Source of the DNA: an uncultured delta proteobacterium
GTDB taxonomy: Bacteria; Desulfobacterota; RBG-13-43-22
Assembly (NCBI GenBank): GCA_963843145.1
Contig: CAWJJC010000010.1
Location: 207,823-271,822 of the forward strand
Length of the DNA: 64,000 nt
Direction: 5' to 3'
Under the pieces are notes generated by a model, which saw nothing but the letters and a program-made list of their open reading frames with translations, had not been told where the DNA came from and made no database searches. The position numbers were made by a program, and so were the translations under genes. Below, in pieces: positions 40,039 to 49,393 of this stretch (within the stretch, counting starts at the first letter, position 1; every line of letters starts with the position of its first letter).

Positions 40039-41217
40039 ATGCAAGGATATATTGATCGACATCTTTCCGGGGAGCTGAAAAAATCCCTGACCCACAACCC
40101 GGTAACGGCGCTTATCGGGCCGAGGCAGTGTGGAAAATCGACGCTGGCCCGACATATTTTGAAAGACCGCCCGGAGGCCCTGTTTCTGGATCTGGAGCTT
40201 CCTTCAGACCTGCGGAAACTGGCTGATCCCGAATTTTTCCTCAGGGAACATGCAGCCAACATGGTTTGCATCGATGAGGTCCAGCAAAGACCTGATCTTT
40301 TTCCCGTCCTCCGGGCCTTGGTGGACCTGGACCGGCGGCCGGGCCGGTTCCTGCTCCTCGGCTTTGCCTCGCGCGATCTGATCCGCCGAGGGGGCGAAAC
40401 GTTGGCCGGACGTATTCGTTACCTGGAGTTGACCCCCTTTGCCTGGTCTGAGTTGCAACCCGAAGCGGAACGAAAAGGGTGGGATTTCAAAAGACATTGG
40501 TGGCGGGGCGGCTTTCCTCCGGCCTTTCTCTCCGAAGAAAAGGCCCAGAGCGCTGCCTGGCGGCGAGATTTGATCCAGGATTATCTGAGCCGGGATATCC
40601 CGTAATCCGAATTTGCCATCCCGGCCCCGACCATGAGACGTTTCTGGCAAATGCTGGCCCATTATCACGGCGGACTGCTGAATGCCTCTAAACTAGGCCA
40701 GGCCTTGGACGTGTCCAATAAAACCGTTCGAAAGTACCTGGATATTCTGAAAGAAACCTTTATGGTCCGGGTGCTGCCGCCCTCAGAAGTCAACTTGAAA
40801 AAACGCCTGGTGAAATCTCCCAAGGTTTATCTGCGCGACAGCGGATTGCTGCACACCCTCCTAGAAATTGAAACTGCCACCGATCTTTACGGACACCCGG
40901 TCTTCGGCGCCTCCTGGGAAGGCTGGTGCCTGGAGCAGATTGTCACCGCCCTGCCCCTCTGGCAGCCCGCCTTCTACCGGTCCTCATCGGGCGAAGAAAT
41001 CGACCTGATCCTGGACAAAGGGCGTCGGCGCCTGGCCTTTGAATTCAAGGCCTCCCTTTCCCCCCACCTAACCCGGGGCTTTCCCGGGACCCTCGAGGCG
41101 CTGCAACCGGAAAAGACCTGGGTCGTCTGCCCCATGAGCGAGGCCGGCTACAACTTACGCCCAGGCGTCCGGGTAATCGGCATCGAGGAATGTTTGAAGG
41201 ATGTAAAAAAGGCATAA
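40039..41217 (+). pseudogene. AAA_14-DUF4143 ATPase with an in-frame TAA at 40603-40605
   Basis: GPRQCGKST, IDEVQ, GGFP, SPKVYLRDSGLLH, GASWEG, EIDL...FEFK; both halves share one frame separated by a single stop; GFAS stands where the family usually has GS. Confidence 0.8.
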
Positions 41218-41318
41218 TTTGTTCCATGATTTGTTGACACCTTCAATAATTTTAGTAGGATAATACCGAGAAACCAGAATGGAGATGGTATTTTCTTGTT
41301 TAGCCGGGTATATAAAAT

Positions 41319-41561
41319 ATGAGTCCTTCAATTTTTAGAGCAAAAGGGTACCGATTCTATTTTCTGTCAAACGAAGAAGAGCGCATCCATATTCACGTGA
41401 TGAGCGAAAGCGGAGAAGCGAAATTCTGGTTGGAACCCATTATCTCCTTGGCTGTCCATCACAAGCTGACTCCGAAAAAACTTGGTGAAATCCAGGGTAT
41501 TATTGAGGAACATAAGGATGAAATCGTCCAAGCATGGCGAAAACATTTTGGTAAGCGTTGA
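41319..41561 (+). CDS. DUF4160 family protein
   Basis: P.IFR..GYRFYFLSNE...HIHV...GEAKFWL...AW..HF. Confidence 0.88.
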   Translation: MSPSIFRAKGYRFYFLSNEEERIHIHVMSESGEAKFWLEPIISLAVHHKLTPKKLGEIQGIIEEHKDEIVQAWRKHFGKR

Positions 41562-41835
41562 GAACATTACACCTTTTGGCATTTGGCTTTTCGTCAAGGG
41601 AAGGGAGTACTTTCTCAGCTATAAGGATTATCCTTACTTCAAGGATCAAACCCTGAAATCGATACAGGCTGTTCAGTTGCTTCAGGGGTACCACTTATAT
41701 TGGCCGGAACTGGATGTGGACTTGGAAATTGATAATCTCGAAAACCCGGAAAAATATCCCTTGAAATGGAAAGCCGCCAAAACTAAACGTATGAGACAAT
41801 CCGACGAAACGGGCAAAAAGATGGCCTCCCGCTGA
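41518..41835 (+). CDS. DUF2442 family protein
   Basis: VENITPFGIWL, FLSY.DYPYF, LYWPELDVDL....LENPEKYPL; overlaps the DUF4160 gene. Confidence 0.85.
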   Translation: MKSSKHGENILVSVENITPFGIWLFVKGREYFLSYKDYPYFKDQTLKSIQAVQLLQGYHLYWPELDVDLEIDNLENPEKYPLKWKAAKTKRMRQSDETGKKMASR

Positions 41836-41942
41836 TTTGGTTGCTATGCGCTGGGGTGGATCATCCAGGGATTGTCCTTTTTCGATTTAAAACAACCGAA
41901 TAGAATGATGTCCCGCTTCGCTTTATGAGAGTCCCCCTCCTT

Positions 41943-42030
41943 GTCATTGTGGGCGAAGCGAAGCAATCCCCCCATGGAGCTTATAAACTGTTCGTGAGAT
42001 TGCTTCGTCGCTTCGTCCCCCGCAAAGACA
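41943..42030. repeat. REP-like element (GTCATTG...CGAAGCAATC / GAGATTGCTTCG...CGCAA.GAC family)
   Basis: CGAAGCAATC and GATTGCTTCG are complementary; related GTCATCCCG...CGGGATCC at ~42318-42346 and GGATGCCGGA...TCCGGCATGAC at ~35258-35284. Confidence 0.65.
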
Positions 42031-42793
42031 GTCCGGAGGACTTTTTGTGAAACCTTCCTAATTGAGGTCGACCAAAACCAATTCCTTTGATCAAAGGCTT
42101 ACCCCGGCCGCCCCAAAAGCCGGGCTGAGCACAATCCAAACTGAGATAACTTATTCGGAAGGTTTTTGGCCCGGCTTCCGGCTGGGGCAAAATATCCTGT
42201 TCATCCTGTCAATCCTATCCTTGTCTTTTCACCTCACCCCTTACTCCTCACCCCTACTGCCCTTGGGTTGCCTGACCTAAGACCCTCAAACAACCCTCAT
42301 AGGTATTTGTTTTCGCTGTCATCCCGAACCCGATTCGGGATCCAGGACCTTTAAACTACCCTGTCCTGGTCGCTTCCCGAGAAGAAGATATGTAGCACTG
42401 CCGCCCCCGGCTGCGCCTATTCAACTAAATTTACAGCAAAAACCCTTGACAACCCTATTTTTTCGAAATAAAGTCGAACGAAATTTCCTTTCTTAGCTAA
42501 CCCGGTCCTTCATTTATTTTGCCGCTTTGCCAGCGCAAATGGGAGTCGAGAATGCCAGCATTCGTTCCCAATTTGTCCTCCAGGGGGCTCTCCCCTTCTG
42601 ACATTTACTCATTATACGAACGCAGGGCTTATCTAAATGGCCTTTATAATGACCACTTTCGGAAGGCTCAAGGGCCTTATCGCCGGCATTTCAATCCTGA
42701 AAAAGAAAGGTTTAAGCCTTGGCCCAAACTAGACAAATTGAATGAAGTGAACAACGTTCCGCTTTATTAAAATAGGGCAAGAGAATCGAGACA

Positions 42794-44296
42794 ATGGCAA
42801 AAAAAACAAGATCTCCGGCATCGTTTTTCAGTTACGTTCAATTAAATGATAAGCATGATAGTGGAAGGCTCACGAAATTGCGAGAACGGCTTGAAAAGGA
42901 AGTGGAAGTTCACACTGGCGAACCCTTTCCCATTTTTCAAGACCGAAACGATATAAGCTGGGGTCAGGCATGGAAGGAGCGAATTGAAGATGCCATTGAT
43001 TCTTCTACCTTCCTGATTGTTATCGTTACCCCGAGTTACCTCAAAAGTCCGGCCTGCCGCAAGGAATTTGATCTGTTTCTTAAGCGTGAGAAGAAACTCA
43101 GAAGAAATGACCTTATTCTGCCTTTAATCTATATTGAAACCCCCGCTATTATAAAAAAAGAAGGGAAAGAAAAGAATCCTATCGCATGTGAAATCGCAAA
43201 ACGTCAGTGGGCGGACTGGCGAGACCTAAGATTCGAACCGTGGACCAGTCCGGAGGTTGGCAAACGATTAGCTACGCTGGCGATGACGATCCGTGATGCA
43301 ATATATAGTAGCAGTAACCTTTCAATTTATCCAAAAGGAAAAAGGAAAGGTGGGAAAAGACAAACAAGGATAGACATCTTTGAAAAGTCTCACAGGTTAT
43401 TGTTGGAAGATAAACAAATAGCTCCAATATCTAAGTCACATGAAGATGAGATACCACTTAGACACACGGCATACGTAGAACCGACAACCCTGATTGTCGA
43501 TTCGATTCCTTCAAGTGGCAATTTCAAAACAATCACTGAGGCAATTAACAAAGCCCAAGCTGGTTACCGTCTCATCATCCGGCCAGGAATATACAGAGAG
43601 AGTGTTATCATTCAAAAACCACCTGAGATAATTGGGGATGGTAACATGGAAGTTATTGTTATTGAATCGAAAGGTAGAAATGCTCTCTTCTTTAATACCG
43701 GATTCGGAAGAGTAGCAAACCTTACGATACGTCTGAACGAAGGTGGCGATAGTTCCGCGGTAGATATAGCCCAGGGGAAATTTGAATTGGAAGGCTGTGA
43801 TATATCGAGCCAGTCCTGGGGTTGTGTGGCGATTCATGGTGGTGCAGATCCACGCCTGAGACGGAACCAAATTCATGGCAGTGAGAGAAACGGTATAATC
43901 GTGTACGAGAATGGCAAGGGCACAATAGAAGACAACGATATATATGAAAATAGTTTTTCATGCGTTATGATTAAAGGAGATGGCGATCCAGTTTTACGAC
44001 GGAATCGAATCCGGCTAGGTAAAGTAAGTGGTGTATTCGTGGCTATGGATGGGAAAGGGACACTGGAGGAAAACGAAATTTACAGGAATGTTTTTTCAGG
44101 TGTTTCCATTGCAAAAGATGGAAACCCTATCCTGAGACGGAATAGGATTTCTCATAATGGTCGTTATGGAATATGGATCGGGAAAGGGGCAGGTGGTATT
44201 TTCGAAAGCAACACTCTCACGAGTAATGATGTGAGCCCTTGGAGAATTGATGAGAAGAACCCGGATAGGATAGTCCGAAAAGATAATATTGAGTGA
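42794..44296 (+). CDS. TIR domain fused to right-handed parallel beta-helix (PbH1/CASH-like) repeats
   Basis: FFSY...IFQD..DI.WG..W...I...I....FLI.IVTPSY..S..CRKEF (TIR with conserved Glu); C-terminal TI.EAI...G..I.PG.Y.E followed by ~23-residue G..I....P.L..N.I repeats; AT-rich. Confidence 0.85.
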   Translation: MAKKTRSPASFFSYVQLNDKHDSGRLTKLRERLEKEVEVHTGEPFPIFQDRNDISWGQAWKERIEDAIDSSTFLIVIVTPSYLKSPACRKEFDLFLKREKKLRRNDLILPLIYIETPAIIKKEGKEKNPIACEIAKRQWADWRDLRFEPWTSPEVGKRLATLAMTIRDAIYSSSNLSIYPKGKRKGGKRQTRIDIFEKSHRLLLEDKQIAPISKSHEDEIPLRHTAYVEPTTLIVDSIPSSGNFKTITEAINKAQAGYRLIIRPGIYRESVIIQKPPEIIGDGNMEVIVIESKGRNALFFNTGFGRVANLTIRLNEGGDSSAVDIAQGKFELEGCDISSQSWGCVAIHGGADPRLRRNQIHGSERNGIIVYENGKGTIEDNDIYENSFSCVMIKGDGDPVLRRNRIRLGKVSGVFVAMDGKGTLEENEIYRNVFSGVSIAKDGNPILRRNRISHNGRYGIWIGKGAGGIFESNTLTSNDVSPWRIDEKNPDRIVRKDNIE

Positions 44297-44489
44297 GAAA
44301 GGGGACATCCTACGTAAAGCGGGACTTTGTCCACTACATTCAATAACTCCATTTGTGCCCTCCCCCCGGCCCTCTCCAACTCACCTAGGGAATGGGTTGT
44401 GCCGGACTATAAATGGAACATGAATTGGCCATGAGCCGACCACGAACCGTATCCAATTGAGCCATCGTCGTTACCTATGGCGCTCATCC

Positions 44490-44788
44490 TTCCAGCCATT
44501 TGGCGCTTTTGTAGAAGTAGCGGTCGGGCACAAGGGCCCGTACCGGGCCCCCGTGCTCCTTCGGAAGCTTCTCACCAAAAAAACTGTGGGCGAGGATAAA
44601 CATTTTCCTTGCGTGCCTCTGTTATTGGGATGTTGGTGGTATATAACCGGCGGCGGCCTCGAAGATAACAAAATTTGCCTCTTTTCGCGGTTTCACCAGA
44701 CGCATTAGGGTGCTCAGGCGGACCCCGGTCCAATGGGAATCCAAGAGCGTCCAGCCCGTAACGCAATGCACATCGCCGGTCAACCTGA
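44490..44788 (-). pseudogene. Decayed partial duplicate of the molybdopterin oxidoreductase at 52338-53042
   Basis: DNA aligns by eye with ~52432-52730 (DVHCVTGWTLLDSHWTGVRL...EHG...[15 protein letters not shown]) with substitutions and indels. Confidence 0.85.
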
Positions 44789-45232
44789 TTAGGCGGCCTT
44801 TGGGGAATGGAGCACTTCCCAGCCAAGGCAGGCGAGTTTAATGTAGTAGGGTATCGGTTTGTGCCCTCCGTGATAGTAGAGGATCGTTCGGCGGGAAATG
44901 CCCAGTGCCTTGGCCGCGGCGCTTAAAGATAGTCCATTCCGCTCCAGCCACGCATTGAACTCGGTCACCGGATATGCGGCGCCGGTTTGCTCTTTGCCCA
45001 AACGATACAAAGAATCCGCATCGATACCGATCTCACCATCGGCCCACTCCACACCATGTCCCCATTCCTCCACGGCCACCCCGGCAAAAAAGCTTGATTT
45101 TTTCAGCCGTTCATATCCGGGGGAATGGAGATAGTCGGACAGGTCGACCTTGGTCTGTTTACCGCTGCGCCAGACAATGGTCAGAAGAGCCGGCGCTTCC
45201 GCCGTAACAGAATCTATTCGTTGTTGATTCAT
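44789..45232 (-). CDS. DUF2442 domain protein with C-terminal HTH
   Basis: VDL...V.EWGHGVEW....IDADSL, then F.AW....GLSL..AAKALGISRRTI.YY..G..PIP. Confidence 0.85.
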   Translation of the reverse strand: MNQQRIDSVTAEAPALLTIVWRSGKQTKVDLSDYLHSPGYERLKKSSFFAGVAVEEWGHGVEWADGEIGIDADSLYRLGKEQTGAAYPVTEFNAWLERNGLSLSAAAKALGISRRTILYYHGGHKPIPYYIKLACLGWEVLHSPKAA

Positions 45233-45238
45233 ACTAAT

Positions 45239-45469
45239 TCACCTCCCATTCAATTCGTGCCAGGCCGTCCACAGCCGCCCCTTGTTGGCCTCCGCCCATT
45301 GGCGAGCCTCGATCAGGATAGTGGCCGGCGTGCGTCCAATGATGACCTCGAGCGTTTCAATGGATATTGATGCCCTTCCCTCAGGCCACCGCAGATGAAA
45401 ATGCGGTAGGCCATGCTCCTGACCAAATACCTCAATTTTCCAATTGCGGTTATAATGAATACGGGTCAT
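45239..45469 (-). CDS. DUF4160 family protein
   Basis: EHGLPHFH, ASISI.TL..I.G, A..WA..N...L...W..LN; start at MTRIHY. Confidence 0.85.
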   Translation of the reverse strand: MTRIHYNRNWKIEVFGQEHGLPHFHLRWPEGRASISIETLEVIIGRTPATILIEARQWAEANKGRLWTAWHELNGR

Positions 45470-45475
45470 GAGGGA

Positions 45476-45504
45476 AGTATAGGGAATAATATTCTCTATG
45501 TCAA
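45476..45504 (-). promoter_or_regulatory. Near-consensus promoter with palindromic operator; leaderless start
   Basis: TTGACA-N17-TATACT, then 6 nt to ATG 45469; ATAGGGAATA-A-TATTCTCTAT palindrome covers the spacer. Confidence 0.72.
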
Positions 45505-45704
45505 TAATAGGTTCTGTTTCCGGTTTCAGGGGGTCGATTGTAAAGGGGGATGTAGTCCATTTCATTCAAAAACCGTTTCTGGAAAGAGCAAAATAGGGGA
45601 AGAACGGTGCGGGCCTCGGACAGCCTCGGAGCTTGAATGGACCCAAGAACAAGAAGCCCAAGCGGATTCGAATTCGAATAAGATGAGCGGGTAATTTGAT
45701 GGCC

Positions 45705-46151
45705 CTATTTGGGAATGGCGGGCGTGTAGCTTTTTAAATCCTGAAAATATTTACGGAAAATTCCCCGGTCCCTGGTTAAAAGGGCATCGCACCGACTCAG
45801 GGCGAAGCCGCCTATATAAAAATCGGAAAGTACATGGCCTTTATGCGGCAATGGTTTCCGGCAATGGGGGCAGATAACCTTGCCTTTCTTCTTTAGGTAT
45901 TTCATCCAGCGTTGGGCGGCTACAGAAGCTGCCTCCTGATCCAGGCTTTCAACCCGGATGGAATGATCCTCCAGAAATTGCGACGCTTCCTGGATGTTTC
46001 CCTGAAACTGGGGAAGGAGTTCGGCGAACACTATGGAAGGTATCACCAGAACTTCTCCTGCTGATAGGGCGGCATAAAAAACTTCCTGGTATTCCCGAAA
46101 TTCGTCTTTCAATACATCGATCAGGATCGAGGTATCCACACAGACCCGCAT
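45705..46151 (-). CDS. vapC: VapC/PIN domain toxin with CxxC insert
   Basis: VCVDTSILID, IVFAEL, CPHC, SDFYIG, LLTRD. Confidence 0.88.
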   Translation of the reverse strand: MRVCVDTSILIDVLKDEFREYQEVFYAALSAGEVLVIPSIVFAELLPQFQGNIQEASQFLEDHSIRVESLDQEAASVAAQRWMKYLKKKGKVICPHCRKPLPHKGHVLSDFYIGGFALSRCDALLTRDRGIFRKYFQDLKSYTPAIPK

Positions 46152-46369
46152 CAAACGGCCCCTCGGATTTCTTCGATATATTGATCGGTCGTTTGATGAC
46201 CCCGATATTTTCCGCACCATTTCTTTTTGAGCCGTTCCAAAGGATCGGCCACCAGAACGAATTGATTTCCTTGACGAACCAGATCGACTCTGGTTCCGGG
46301 AATGATTCCCAGGGATTTGCGAACCTGGGGCGGAATCGTAATTTGGTATTTTGCGGTTACTCTGGTCAT
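46151..46369 (-). CDS. AbrB/MazE family antitoxin
   Basis: VTAKYQITIPPQVRKSLGIIPG; stop overlaps the toxin start. Confidence 0.9.
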   Translation of the reverse strand: MTRVTAKYQITIPPQVRKSLGIIPGTRVDLVRQGNQFVLVADPLERLKKKWCGKYRGHQTTDQYIEEIRGAV

Positions 46370-46489
46370 AGGCTTTTTTCTCCTGAGGTATACTGTTTAT
46401 GTATATTAAGCATACTTATTTATTGCGGCGGTGTCAATCCAAAGTCTCCAAACTTCTCCCTAAGAACATCTTGTTGCCCTATGCGTCTA

Positions 46490-46921
46490 TCACGGCCCCC
46501 CTACCCAATGAACCTGAGGGAATGATTTCCTGGCCGAATTATAGAAGCGTCGGTCCCCGGTCCAGAGAAGACAATTATGCCAGAGGGCCAAAGCCAGGTA
46601 GTGGGCGTCATAGGTCGCCGGCTGACCGAGTTGCAGGGACAGTTCCAGTGCCCGGCTGTGAAGGCCGCCCTCCTCCTGGATTTCAATTCCAAAGGCCATG
46701 ATCACTTCCAGGGCTTCCTGCGCTTGAAGCAAATTCATTTCCTTGCGCCTGACCCGTTTGTACAGGGCGTTGGTAACCTCGGTTAACAGCGGGCAGGGGG
46801 CCAGCAGGCCGGTATCTTCCTTACCCCAGAGTTCAGCCAAGCGGAGGGCCTGTTCGGAATAGCTTTCCGGAACGGCCCACATGACGGCCAGGCTGGCATC
46901 GATCACTAGGTACCTTTCCAT
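46490..46921 (-). CDS. vapC: VapC/PIN domain toxin
   Basis: LVIDAS, EVTNAL, YDAHYLALA, LWTGD. Confidence 0.9.
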   Translation of the reverse strand: MERYLVIDASLAVMWAVPESYSEQALRLAELWGKEDTGLLAPCPLLTEVTNALYKRVRRKEMNLLQAQEALEVIMAFGIEIQEEGGLHSRALELSLQLGQPATYDAHYLALALWHNCLLWTGDRRFYNSARKSFPQVHWVGGP

Positions 46922-46930
46922 GAAGCTTCC

Positions 46931-47209
46931 CTACCTTCGGGCCTGGCGGATCAAATCGGCTGAATTGACCTGGAAAACCTTCCCCCCGAAGGTCTTCCGC
47001 TGGAAGTTCCGGGCTCGATCCACGGCCTGGCTCAATCGGGAACCCAGGTCAGGGGCATTATTCCCCGTAGAAAGCTGAGCCTGAACGGCCTGAAGACAGA
47101 ACTGAGAGAGGGTAAGATTCCGTTCGGCGGCCATCAATTTGATCCGCCTGCGGGTAACCTGATCCGGAAGATAGATGTTCAAACGTACCGGGGAATTTTC
47201 CTTTCGCAT
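46931..47209 (-). CDS. Putative ribbon-helix-helix type antitoxin
   Basis: RLNIYL....RRRIKL.AA....TLSQFC..A; C-terminal NSADLIRQARR; directly upstream of vapC; SD GGAGG. Confidence 0.75.
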   Translation of the reverse strand: MRKENSPVRLNIYLPDQVTRRRIKLMAAERNLTLSQFCLQAVQAQLSTGNNAPDLGSRLSQAVDRARNFQRKTFGGKVFQVNSADLIRQARR

Positions 47210-47235
47210 GGTTCACCTCCTGGTAATTGATAATA

Positions 47236-47255
47236 GCACTAAAGCACTTTAGTGC
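47236..47255. promoter_or_regulatory. Perfect palindromic operator upstream of the antitoxin
   Basis: GCACTAAAG-CA-CTTTAGTGC. Confidence 0.65.
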
Positions 47256-47400
47256 CAAAATATAAGTCCTCCGACTAAAGTTCCTTCGCCTAATACCGAA
47301 AACAAAATCAAGCCCGACTCGGACATGGCTATCATCCTCAACCCTTGAGGAGAATCCACGTTGGAAAAAAGCGCGGCAACTTCACAGGGAGAATTGAAAC

Positions 47401-49393
47401 ATGGATTTCAAAAAAACAAATAGAATTAGTGAGTTGGGTAATTCCGGGGCCATCACCCGGCGGGCATTTTTGACCTATTCGGCCGGGGCATTCGGTGCGC
47501 TGACGCTGAATTCATTGGCTTGGGGGGATGTCGGCGCTGCCCCAAGGCAGTACCGAAATACCGCAATACCCGATTAGGCCTAAAGTCACTACGACGCTTC
47601 AGGAGATGATTACCTTTCCCAGGACTTTGCCGGGTCTGACCATAACTCAAATTTCCCAGGTCGAACAATACGACAAGTTTGGCTATGGCCACTGGACGCT
47701 CGGTTCGCCGCTTCCGTTGATGCCGAGAACGGACCTCATGCCCAAAAACTACAGCCGGCCGTCGCCGGCCCGAAAAGCCAAACTCATCCACTTCTTCACT
47801 TTTTCCGATATTCACATTACGGACAAGGAAGCGCCGAATCAACTGATCCATTTTCAACAGGCTGAACGATTCGCCTATAACAACACTTCCATCTACTCGC
47901 CGGTGATGATGCGCACCACGCACGTGTTGGATGCCGCCGTTCAGACGGTTAATGCCCTGCACCGGCAGAACCCCTTCGATTTCGGCCTCTCGCTCGGCGA
48001 CACCTGCAACAGCACCTCGTACAACGAGCTCAGGTGGTATCTCGACGTCTTCGACGGCAAGGTCATTACACCCAGTTCCGGCGCCCATCTCGGCGCGGAC
48101 AGCCTGGACTACCAAAAACCCTACCGGGCCGCCGGACTGGACAAGTCCATCCCCTGGTATCAGGCGATGGGCAACCATGATCATTTCTATATTGGATCGT
48201 TTCCCGTGGATGCGAACCCGGCGCTGGGCATTCGGCAGTCGTACCTTTCCGCTTCCGTCTGGGCCATGGCCGACATTCTGGCCCCCAACCTGCGGACCTT
48301 TCCCGTTTTGTTCAACATGGCCAGGATGACCGCCAAGCCGCAGTTCTACACGGGCGTGATCGACGGTTCGAACCCCTACGGGAAAATCATCCACGCCGGG
48401 CCGGCCGACGATCCGGCTTTTGCCGCCGGCGCGCCCAAGGTCGTCGCCGATCCGGATCGCCGCTCACTGCTGAGGACCGAGTGGATAGAAGAATTTTTCA
48501 AGACGACGACCCAACCGGTCGGCCACGGCTTCCATCTGGTCGACAAAAACAGTCCCTCTGGTTTTACCTGTTACAGCTTCGTTCCCAACCCAAAGATACC
48601 GCTCAAGGTGATCGTGCTGGACGATACCCAAAGGGAAGACGACGGCTCGACCGATATCCATGGCCATGGTTATCTGGACGCGCAGCGCTGGGCCTGGCTG
48701 CAAGCCGAACTGGCCAAGGGTCAGGCCGACAACCAGTTGATGATTATCGCCGCCCATGTCCCCATCGGTGTTGCGCCCGTGGGCTCGGAAATGGAATGGT
48801 GGGGCGAGACGACTACTATCGCGCCCCAGCACCGGAACGCCGTGAGCCTCGCTGACTTGGTCAAGACGCTGCAGAACACGCCGAATCTGCTCATGTGGAT
48901 TGCCGGACATCGGCATTTGAACACCGTCAAGGCCTTTCCCTCGGCGGATCCCGCCAAACCGGAGCAAGGCTTCTGGCAGGTGGAAACCTCGTCGCTGAGG
49001 GATTTTCCCCAACAGTTTCGGACTTTCGAAATCTATCTGAACGGCGACTATACCGTTTCCATGGTCACGGTTAACGTTGATCCGGCGGTCGCGGAGGGCA
49101 CGCCTGCCGCCACATCGCGCCGGCACGCCATCGCTGTGCAGCAGATCGTCCAGAATGAATTGAATCAGAATTCCCTGAACAATTTGACGGCCGGCGGTAC
49201 CGGTAAGCTCCCCGTGCCCAGCATGGATCCAACCCGGCCACAGAGCGACGCCCCCCAGACCAACGATCCGACGATCCAGTATGTGGATCTGAGCAAGGCC
49301 GCCGTTCCCGTACCGTGCCACGGTTCGTACAACGCGGAACTGTTCAAGCAGTTGAGTCCGCAAATGATCAGCGTGCTGAAAAAGACCATGTAA
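47401..49393 (+). CDS. TIGR03768-like metallophosphoesterase with Tat signal; frameshift in G6 at 47522-47527
   Basis: ATG 47401 gives MDFKK...ITRRAFLTYSAGAFGAL..LAWG; removing one G joins it to ORF 47528..49393 with SDIHITDKE, LGD, GNHDH, AAH.P, GHRH, VETSSLRDFPQ. Confidence 0.85.

Noticed and set aside
41281-41318. GGAGATGGTATT resembling the start of a fluoride riboswitch
   Set aside because: It lacks the downstream GCT(A/G)ATGA pseudoknot segment, and the gene context does not fit.
42477-42790. Retron msr-msd upstream of the TIR gene
   Set aside because: No reverse transcriptase in the window, and the inverted repeat is short.
37073-47209. Prophage, ICE or active integron explaining the TA cluster
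   Set aside because: No integrase, transposase, tRNA target, flanking direct repeats or phage genes; only one degenerate attC-like sequence.
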